DNA of 20,000 bases from Catajapyx aquilonaris (taxonomy: Eukaryota), in NCBI GenBank assembly GCA_000934665.2, contig KZ538525.1:49107-69106 (forward strand), written 5' to 3'. Shown here in pieces: positions 11,601 through 20,000 of this stretch. The stretch's first letter is position 1. The number at the start of each line of letters is the position of its first letter. Under the pieces are notes generated by a model. The model saw only the letters and a program-made list of their open reading frames with translations. It searched no databases and had not been told where the DNA came from. The position numbers and the translations under genes were made by a program.

Positions 11601-14600
11601 ATAAAAAGGAAGTGACTTTGGTCCGTTGCACATGGTTAGTGATAAACCTCTACACGTTTTAGCACTAACCACAAGTCGCCAAAAGTAAAATTTGTCGTTA
11701 ATACCTGCTTATACAATCAGATCATATATGAAGGACGTGGTTGTTGCGTAATTGCTACATGAAATAAAATAATGAGAGTATAGGAAGTAACGAAACTGGT
11801 TATATTACGCAATAATCGAGCAAAACACAAATTGTGTCCTTCATATCTTCCGCATTACTTCAACAAAATGATCTGAAAATATTGAGCAATTTGGATCTTG
11901 TACAGTGCGAAATTAGTATTTGCGTACAATCATGCATGTAAATAATGTGCACATTGCAGTTTGTAAGCACAAAGCAATGCTGACTTGACCATCTGACTGG
12001 GCAAGGTCACACGAGTTGAATTATTGAATGAATCAAGAATGATTGTTCTCAATTGGTGCGTCCCCCAGTCCTCGGTGTTAATGCACTTTTGTCACACTTG
12101 GTGTGCATCACTTTCTACTGACCATATTTTTCAAAAAAAAATATTTGAGACAAATTTGCTCAAGTTTCTTCTCCATAAATTGATTTGTGAAAGGTTCAAA
12201 TAATTGCTGAAAATTTCTGGGAGTGTTGTACAGTACATTCAGGCAACGTCGCAGAGACATTCAAAATATAGGTAAAGGCAGCGCAAAACAACCGCTCAGC
12301 CGAATAATGCGGTGACCTTGACCCTTGAAGGAAGCTTCTCTAGCGGAAAAAAGAGCCCAAGAGTGACGGTCAAAAGAAGAATGTATGTTGAAACGAGGCC
12401 ATGGTCACTCCATTTATCTGAAAAACATTTTTTCAAAAAATAAATAAATAAATAAATAAATTTTCTGTCAAGGGTGAGAATTATTTAAATGCATGGTAAT
12501 CACTTCCTTTCACTTATGCAGAGTCACCCAAACTCGTTTAGCACCTTATAACATGTACGGTTGTTTTTCCAGTCGCTGGTTTAATACCAAGTGAGTGTGA
12601 ATTATTCTCGTTAACATTAAGCATAAATAATAATGACTACATGTTATGTCTTTAAATTTTGAGTAGTTCCCGCATTGCGCGCGGCGGCCATCTTGGAATC
12701 GGAAATTTCCGATTCCAAGATGGCCGTCGCGCGCAATTGGAACTTGTTAATCTGCAATTAATTGCTATTAAATTTAATTGAAATTGACATTATTTTTGCA
12801 CACACTTTTCACTTTGCTAAAATTCAGCAAAAAATTTTTCTTTCTCAGCTTGTTTCGCCTAAGCTTCACATAAGGTCTCGCAAGGCCCCGTCGCCAGAGG
12901 GCTTCCTGAGTCACAGCTCCCGATTGGACAGCTCCGAGAATGACCCCGTTTACGTCATCTGGAATTCCGGGAGGGTCAGCGGCCTGCTTGTCTCCAAAGG
13001 AGAGTCCGAGTCGCTGCTCAATCTCAAGAGAGGTGTGGCTGGAATATTCCAGGTAATTGTCTCATATATAGAATTGGCTTGAGTTCGGTTTTGTCCGGGG
13101 TGAGTCATCATCTAGGTGCATGTAGTGTGGCAGTAGTGTGCAGATGCGCCATCTATGTGAGGGGTATGGTACTACCTGAACAGTCTCGGGCAGTGTTGCC
13201 AATTGTTAGCAAAAGGTTCGATATAAGTGAATTTTTTACGAGCTCAACCGAATGCGCACCCACACTCGCGCAAGTCCATGGTTCCGACAACAATGTTGCC
13301 AGAGTTACTCATCGTGAGCCAAATTACACATTGGTAGCCTCCAAAGAGTTCTGCTATACATGCAGTAGCCTACATACTTGTAATATGAGAACTCTTTGGT
13401 AGTGTGTAAGCCAGCTTCTAAGAGTCTTGCAATTTGGCAACGTCGCAAAAGCCGGCCATATTGTAACCCCCTCAAGTGTAGTGTTGGAAAGAATTTGAGC
13501 GAGCTGTATTGTGATCATTTAAAAAATATGTAACCTAAAACCTAATATGACTTTGTTGTTGACCAGTTTCAGGACAGGAGTTCGGAGGTGGAGGAATCGG
13601 GAGTTACTGGAGTGTGTCGAGTGACGTACAGGACCAACGACGGAAGACATGTGACCAAGGAGGTCAACCAGTGCCAAAATGCTGAGCAGCTAGTTTCATA
13701 TACGCATAACAACCCGGTATAAATTCTGACGTTTACATATTTTTAAAAAATATATAAATTAATATAAATAATGAATATTTGACCCCTCAGGTTTTGGGAT
13801 CAAGTGTGGAGTCTACGTACAAGTCTGAGTACTCGTTGTCAAGGGAGGAGAGTGTGATTGCAAAGGCGGAAGTGGAAGAGACCCATGTTGTTCGAGTATC
13901 GATGAAGAAAGACTCGGGCAATCTGGTCAGTTCACGCCAATCAATAAAACTGACAGGTAATACATCTTTTACAATTTGGGGGGGGGGGGGGATTTGTATT
14001 CTGGTAATAAATCAACAATCACAAAATAATTGCAGGTACGAGTACATCGAAGGAGAAGCTGCAGGCCAGTACACTGACCGCAGCAGTACAGGAGTTGTCA
14101 AAAAAATATAAGGTCGAGTTGGTCCAAGTGACGTTAGAAAGTTCGCCAGAAACTCACACGTGCACTGAAAATTGTAAAAATGTAAGTACAGCAGAGCATG
14201 ATGTGATAAAGAGACGTGTTTTCTCTTGCTCTGTTGATGCCACGATTTTGATCAAAATTTCATTTTTCCAGTTTGCTAATCTAGTCGAAGAACTGAAGGA
14301 CGTTCTGCTGGCCAAACACATGGCGACTGTCAAAATGGCCTCAGCTCATGCCAAGCTGGTCCAGAAGCTAAGGACCACCCCTAAAAGTGCGATAGTGGAA
14401 GTTCTGAAGAGCAAGAAGTACAAGAAGCAGCTGTAAGTACTCCTGGCGATGAAACTAACTGACAAAATATTGGTTAATAACAATGATTCCCTATAAGCCC
14501 ACAGATACTCGACGCCATCGCAACCGCGCAGACTGTCGATTCACACAATGCTGTCAAGGAAATACTGGACTTCAAGAAAGCAGAGAACATAGAACTACCT

Positions 14601-16512
14601 GAGCGTTATCTTCTTGCGCTGTCGTTAGCGTCACATCCGCCTGAGGAGGTCGTTAGAGGTACGGCAACAATGGATAAGTTTGAATCAAATGAATTGATGG
14701 GATCAAAAATTTCAGATTTGATGGAAATTAGCAAGAAGAAGATATCGAACCAGAAGCTGAAGGAAACATTGGTGTTGACCCTTGGAGCTTTTGCGAAAAC
14801 ACTCAGCCGCAACTCACCGAAGGTTAGTGTTGTTTACGTACTCCAGACATAACTTGGCTGATGTTTTGACATTTCTGCAGCTAGTGGATGAGATCAAGAA
14901 TCATCTCTTGACATCCCTGGAGAAGTGTAAGACCGAGCCTTGCAAGCACATGTACCTTCGAGGACTCAAGAACTTGGGAACTCCAGACATCATCCCTACT
15001 CTGCTTGAACATATCCGAAAAGGCGAGAGGAAAGTGGCGGTGACTGCGGTCAAAGCGTTGACCTCTGTACCTCCCGAGGCCATAGACGATCAGGTCAAAT
15101 CGGTCTTGAACCAGGTGTACCATCAGCTGACACGTCGATACGATTCAAGCGCCAGGACACTCTCTGTGGACATCCTCCTCAGAAGCAGTCCTTCTAGAGA
15201 CACGATCCTCAACATCATGAGGGCCTTCAACACAGGAGACAACGCAGAGGTTCAGACCTATGCCTGGCAGAGGATGCTGGAGTTCAGCGAGGTCGACTGC
15301 AGACTCCGAGGTTTTATCGAGGAAGGTCTGAAGGACAGGTCAATCAACAACTACGATTCGCTGGCCAGAGGTGGTATGTCGACTGCGTTCTCCAGGTTGT
15401 TTGCTGTGACTCCAAGTGGAAACAGCACCTTCAGCTCTTCGACTGAGGTGGAAGCGCTGATGCTCAAGAGGAGCTCATTCGACGTATATCTTCAGGATCC
15501 ACAGAGCAACTTGCATTTCTTACAGGTCAGTAGTACATAAAACATTTAGGTCTCTCCTTATACAAAGATGTTGTTGCAGTACGCCGTGTTTGCTGGTGGT
15601 TTGAATTCATTTGGAGGCGGTTCATCCGAGCTGGAAGTTGAGGAGGAAGAGGCTGAAGACACCACTGCTGGAATGGAGCTGAGTCTGATGGGAGTGCAGA
15701 TGCGTCCTTATGTATTTTTCAACGGAAACAGTGAGCTGATGGGTCACGTTTGGTCAGGAACTGCCTCCGAGAGAACTACTGCTTTACAGGTAATAATTGT
15801 TGGCTATCGCAGATTTAGTCCAGCAGTAATCACATTGGATGAATTATAATTGCAGGGCAACATTCTGATGCAAGATACGAGTCAACGCATTCCACTGCAA
15901 AATGGAATCACAGTGGATTGCAATGTGATGGGATCTCTCTCATATGATGTGGCTGGGCAAATTCAGATCAGTCTCTGGAATCGAAATGCGCATTCGCTTG
16001 TGGAAAACAGGTAATCATAATCAGCACTTTAGCATAATGCAAAGAATGTTTTGAACATTTTTGTAGAAGAGGTTTTCATGGTTTTGAGATGTGGCAGGTA
16101 TTAACAGACAGGTTCATTGCAGTGGAGCACTGGTACTTCAATCGGTTATGTCATTGGACACTTCCTTTGTGAGGAGTCAGGTTGAGTCCAACTTGGCAGC
16201 AGAGGCGACTCTTCATTTTGTGTCTGACATAGACTTCTACAGTGATATTGTCATCTGCCTGCAGCTAAGTCAGCCCGAATTTTCCATAAGGTAAATTATT
16301 TGCCCTTGTTTTCTAATGAGCCTTTATTTATATGCACCTAATTATTGCAAATAATTTACAGGCACAACATACATAAGATAGAGCGGATACCTGGCAGCAA
16401 GCACAGACTGCGCAAGTCAAAGTACAAATCCCAGGTGGTTCCAGGAAAGACTTACGCATTCAATTCAAAGAACTCAGAAATGTGCACAAATATGTTCAGC
16501 GAATCTGAATAA
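8644..16512 (+). CDS. MTTP: Microsomal triglyceride transfer protein large subunit (large lipid transfer protein family), 889 aa, upstream-start isoform with 15 coding exons
   Basis: Exons 8644-8689, 9604-9627, 11349-11524, 12849-13052, 13567-13716, 13791-13956, 14036-14181, 14272-14432, 14498-14658, 14716-14822, 14881-15525, 15580-15789, 15856-16010, 16123-16290, 16362-16512 total 2670 nt with consistent phases. MTP-like motifs: LNLKRGVAGIFQ, GVCRVTY, LPQILDAIATAQT, PERYLLALSLASHP, YLRGLKNLG, NYDSLARGGMSTAF, MRPYVFFNGNSELMGHVWSGTAS, IPLQNG, ISLWNRNAHS, CLQLSQP, NSEMCTNMF. Confidence 0.93.
8877..9091. repeat. Tandem duplication, two ~100-bp copies
   Basis: 8877-8977 and 8993-9091 share ACTCCAAAGGT...AAAAGCTTATTA...CTCAGTGTCAGAAATATTAATT...CGACAAAATTAATGTGCTCCTTCAGAAGCAAA. 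Confidence 0.92.
9604..9627 (+). CDS. MTTP: 24-nt MTP microexon (GSLCHQAP) completing the signal peptide
   Basis: Long pyrimidine tract ending TCTTAG (9603), exon GTTCACTTTGCCATCAAGCTCCAG, consensus donor GTGAGT at 9628; symmetric phase 1-1, no stop. Confidence 0.7.
10715..10740. repeat. Poly-G tract (26 nt)
   Basis: Read directly; an ambiguous base follows shortly after. Confidence 0.9.
11279..11524 (+). CDS. MTTP: Alternative MTP first coding exon with an internal start (signal peptide MWTVLLVTLLVVRCDS...)
   Basis: cagcATG at 11279 (A at -3), in frame with STRTYELGTSYSYEYVTEVLLNE; hydrophobic N-terminus; TCAGT Inr-like motifs at 11229 and 11254; donor AAG|GTACGT at 11525. Confidence 0.6.
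11550..11645. promoter_or_regulatory. Intronic GATA + HNF4-type DR1 motif cluster (candidate enhancer)
   Basis: TTATCT 11550-11555, AGATAA 11599-11604, TGATAA 11640-11645; minus-strand GGACCA-A-AGTTCG (11561-11573) and GGACCA-A-AGTCAC (11612-11624). Confidence 0.45.
12674..12737. repeat. 64-bp spacerless near-perfect palindrome in an MTP intron
   Basis: Left arm ATTGCGCGCGGCGGCCATCTTGGAATCGGAAA (12674-12705) is the reverse complement of 12706-12737 with one mismatch (12727). Confidence 0.95.
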
Positions 16513-16829
16513 TTAAAAAGGATGCAACCATGGACCATGATGCCGAAAAGAACTACTGTAATTAGACTGATTGTTGAAATTAAATGTGATATACTTGTAC
16601 ACTAGTATTTTTTTAATCATCGCCTGAGTATAGATTTAGTGATGCATATAGTCGCCCATATCCGATATACCACTGTTGACACTTTCCCCCCCAAAAAAGG
16701 TGTGAGTAAACCACGGATAATGATAAGGACTGATATACCGGTGGTTTCACGGCAACGTATCTCACCATTCCAAAAGGTGAGACCCACACAAAGGTAGAGA
16801 CGTCAATTAGGCCCCAGAAATTTCACAAA

Positions 16830-17829
16830 ATGGACGCTGAGATCGAACCCGTTCCATCCGAATCGCGTCGTAAGGAGATTAAGAAATGGGTGAGTTTTTA
16901 ACCTGCTGATTACAATTTGCAGACTTTTAATGACACTGGGCGTTGTTTCGTTTCCAGCTGAGGTTTGCAGATGGATTCTTCTTTATGGGAGGTGGAATGA
17001 CGTTGGCGGCCGTTGTCATGTTCGCTATCTTGGGAGGATCACCTATTGCCATTGTGTTTATCGTCCTTGGAGGTAAATCCGTGTCTTTAAAAACAGCATG
17101 AGGATTTATTTTTTTCTATTGGATTTAATATTATATGCTCATATAAGGAGTACGTCAGTATGATTTAGAAGAAACCTCATTAAAAGATCTTGCACATGGC
17201 AAGTGTTACAAGGCAACAAATGTGACATCTGTTGATGATAACAGCGGAGGTATAGGCAGAATTTCTGATATCACAAACACAAAAGAGGTGTCAAGTTGCC
17301 AGTGTAAAAAAAAACTTGTTCTATGAACTGTCATAATAAACTATAGAATAAAATAAGACTGTAGTAGCTCTTCATCTCCCACCCTCTTCTCGCAGGCTTA
17401 ATGCTAGTTTCGGCTGTGATCCTGTACCTGTGGGCCAGAAACAAACTTCCTCCAGAAGACCGTGAGGCTCCATTCTCCCAGGTGGCCAAGCCCATCAGAC
17501 GGTCCTTCCGCCGCCTTTCAACCCACCGTCAGCGACAACGACAACGACAGCAGCGAGGTACCGAAGGGACCACAGTGAATCCCACAAGCCCTGGTGTCCT
17601 CAACACCAGCAGCACCTGGAGCGACCCTGACCACATCCAGTTCCAACAGAAGCCACCTTCTTACCACTCGGCCATGGCGTACCCTCAGTTTCCTCCGGGT
17701 CATCTTAATCCTGCGACACTGACCATGACGACTCCAGCCATGATCGACACCTTGAAGGAAGACAGACGATACATGGACTATCAACATCAGTCAAATTTGC
17801 CACCTCCGTCTGGAAACCCTTACATTTAA
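16830..17829 (+). CDS. Uncharacterised two-transmembrane protein, paralog 1 (202 aa; IRRSFRR motif, PPSY motif, P/Q-rich tail)
   Basis: caaaATG 16830; exons 16830-16889 (GTGAGT donor, phase 0), 16958-17072 (phase 1), 17396-17829 total 609 nt. Protein MDAEIEPVPSESRRKEIKKW-LRFADGFFFMGGGMTLAAVVMFAILGGSPIAIVFIVLG-GLMLVSAVILYLWARNKLPPEDREAPFSQVAKPIRRSFRRLSTHRQRQ...KPPSY...PPPSGNPYI*. Confidence 0.82.
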
Positions 17830-18064
17830 ATCAGGAAAATATCTGCCCCCATGTCTTCTACATGGAGGAAACCGAATCCGTTCCGGAACCGGCCCACTTT
17901 TGTACTATGAACATTTTCCGGGTGGTAGTTTTAGTGAGCCTGTACCCTATATTCATTTAGGATCATAAATATATTGTAGAATAAGGTCGCTCACTGGGTG
18001 CGGGGGTGGGGAGAGAGCGATGTAGACCTTCCGTCCGACAGCGAACGAATTGATGGTTATTCCT

Positions 18065-18129
18065 CCCGCCCACCAGAGACGCTGTCTGCACCCACATTGC
18101 GCCTGCGCAGAAAGGGAACCAATCGGAAG
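18065..18129. promoter_or_regulatory. GC-box/NRF1/CCAAT/ETS motif cluster, candidate promoter upstream of paralog 2
   Basis: CCCGCCC 18065-18071, TGCGCCTGCGCA 18098-18109, CCAAT 18119-18123, CGGAAG 18124-18129 in a locally GC/CpG-rich patch. Confidence 0.4.
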
Positions 18130-18441
18130 CGTCGCGGTAACACTACACGCCAAGACCAGAAAAGCACAACCATGCAACATGAATAGGATTTTAATATTAT
18201 AGATATTGCAACTGGAACTAATAAAGCGTTTCGTATCGTGCAATGTTTTGTGTGTACTCAGACGTCTTCCTATATATTGCAAGGTATTTCCTTATTCGTT
18301 GCCATAGCTCCAGCTATCATCCTCAAACACGCTCTAATCAAGTCAATGCCACAGATAATGTCGCAAACCGACCTGGATAGACAGTTGGATATAAACAGAA
18401 GGTGCACCAGCCATTTCCCGCTGTTCACACGACCAGCAACA

Positions 18442-20000
18442 ATGCCAGGCAACAATGAGTCCAGCAGTGACACTCAGCCCAGTCCTCCACCGAAGATGTC
18501 TCGTCTGAAATTTATTGTAAGTGCACATGTGCTGTATTTGTTAAGCTCGATTCACATGGGTCATTGACCGATTGGTGGATCCAAACGGCAACGACCCAAA
18601 GGCAAACGACAGCCCGTGTGAACTAACCAGCCTTTACTATTGCAGCTGAAGGTAGCTGACGTGTTGTTCGTCGCAGGGTGCATTTTCTTCGTGGCCTGCA
18701 TCGCATTGTACGGCGTGTCGCTCTCCAAAAGGAATTTTCAGTACACCACTGCTGGATCCATCGTGCTTGGAGTTGGAAGTAATATTTATTAACCCATTTA
18801 ATCCTAATTTTAAAAGTAAAGAGTCACGATATGCTAATATTATACGAAATGGTGCAGTGTCAGAAGTAGAGGAGGTTAACATTATGACAATTAAATCAGT
18901 ATTATCAGGCATTGTAATGTGGCAATCAGCAAAATAATGCGAAATTCAATAATGTTTAGGCTAATTCCTCTAAATATTATAAATACTGTACAACCATTCT
19001 TTGAATAGTTGTATCTCATTGTTGCCGAATTGTTGCTTGCTTTTAACTTGATTATTATTTGTCTGTCCTGAAAGGCCTGGTTTTTAATAATAAAAATAGA
19101 AAATACTTGATCAGTTATGTATCGTGAATAATACACGTAATTACAGAGTGGGACATTTTGTTGGTGACACTTCTGTCCTTTGTTCGTGCCAGTACACATT
19201 CTTTAATGCAGATAACAATACCTGTGGATACCCAATCATTTTAACACCTACCAGAGTGATTAACACTTCCGCTGTCTTATATCATACAAGGACATTAGGC
19301 CTATCAGGAAAGCCATGTTTATTGAGCATGTGAACAAATGATTTCACAATTTCCGCTTCCAGTCTTAATAGTGGTGATTGGCATGGGGCTGTTTGTGTAC
19401 GTGCAACGCAAGATGCCTGAGGCTCGACATGCACTTCTGCTGACCCGCATGGGTCAATCAATCCGGAGGTCATTCAGGAGGGCGACGGGTGGAGGTCACC
19501 AACAACCTCCTCCTATCCAGCAACTCAGCGCTGCCGATCTCCAACCACAACGACCTCGAAGACGACAACAGCAGCAACCGCAACCCTCGCCCCAACCGCC
19601 CCCTCCTCAACCCGTGACCTCCATATACCCGCAGGTCCCTGACCCCCAGGGTCAAGGTCACATCTTCATCCGCACCGACCAATCATACGCCTCCTACCAG
19701 GTTCCTCCGCCCCCTCGACAGATGGCGACACAGCCCAAACCACAACCACAGCTCCAGTACTATCAACCTCAGCAGGAGTACCAACTCCCGCCTCAGCATC
19801 ACCAGCAGGAATACCAACCTCAGCAGCAGTACCAACCGCCTCCTCAGCAGCAGGTGTACCAACAGCCGCCTCAACAGCAGGTGTACCAACGGCCGCCTCA
19901 ACAGCAGCAGTACCAACCTCCTCCCAGCATCGACGCTCGCTTGCAACAGGAGCAGGCAGTGCTGGCTTACCAGCAGCAAGTCAACGCACCGCCTTATAAT
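18442..20000 (+). CDS. Uncharacterised two-transmembrane protein, paralog 2 (>282 aa, runs off the window end; IRRSFRR motif, Q/P/Y repeat tail)
   Basis: caacaATG 18442 (in-frame upstream ATGs also exist, so the start is uncertain); exons 18442-18516 (GTAAGT, phase 0), 18646-18778 (branch site AACTAAC at 18621, phase 1), 19363->20000 (open to the end). Protein MPGNNESSSDTQPSPPPKMSRLKFI-LKVADVLFVAGCIFFVACIALYGVSLSKRNFQYTTAGSIVLGVG-ILIVVIGMGLFVYVQRKMPEARHALLLTRMGQSIRRSFRRATGGGHQQPPP... Confidence 0.82.
19757..19926 (+). repeat. Coding minisatellite (YQxPPQQQ units; 27-bp repeat)
   Basis: CAGCAGGTGTACCAAC[A/G]GCCGCCTCAA at 19848-19874 and 19875-19901, with degenerate flanking copies. Confidence 0.85.

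Noticed and set aside
13191..13441. CAGTGTTGCCAA ... TTGGCAAC as terminal inverted repeats of a MITE
   Set aside because: Only about 8 bp match, no target-site duplication seen, and the GTTGCC/GGCAAC word is common across the window.
14606..15123. Minus-strand ORFs overlapping MTP exons
   Set aside because: Antisense shadows of real + strand coding sequence.
17983..18186. GC-rich patch with a weak hairpin and a 62-aa ORF, considered as an ncRNA or small gene
   Set aside because: The stem is short and bulged, no RNA family is recognisable, the ORF lacks an ATG start, and promoter motifs explain the composition better.
19470..19979. Minus-strand Leu/Arg-rich ORFs (19470-19682, 19683-19979)
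   Set aside because: Antisense shadows of the CAG/CCT-rich coding exon on the + strand.
1..20000. Prokaryotic-type systems (CRISPR array, operon, rRNA/tRNA, transposase or reverse transcriptase)
   Set aside because: The sequence is spliceosomal-intron eukaryotic DNA; I saw no repeat-spacer array, structural RNA gene or mobile-element ORF.

Overview
Eukaryotic, probably arthropod, genomic DNA with four intron-containing genes, all on the + strand; the ORF track shows only fragments of them. (1) The last four coding exons of CaMKII (hub/association domain, stop at 2541), then about 5.4 kb of AT-rich sequence that is probably a long 3' UTR, with a strong G-quadruplex motif and a stem-loop cluster. 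(2) A complete microsomal triglyceride transfer protein large subunit (MTP/MTTP) gene, 8644-16512, 889 aa by my splicing. It appears to have two alternative signal-peptide N-termini of the same length: one from an upstream TATA exon plus a 24-nt microexon, one from an internal ATG at 11279. HNF4-type DR1 and GATA motif clusters lie next to both starts. (3, 4) A tandem pair of 3-exon paralogs I do not recognise (16830-17829 and 18442->20000). They encode two-TM membrane proteins with the same intron phases, an invariant IRRSFRR motif and P/Q/Y-rich low-complexity tails. Two GGCGGCCAT-containing inverted repeats and a ~100-bp tandem duplication lie in introns. All gene models were spliced by eye; no database search was run.
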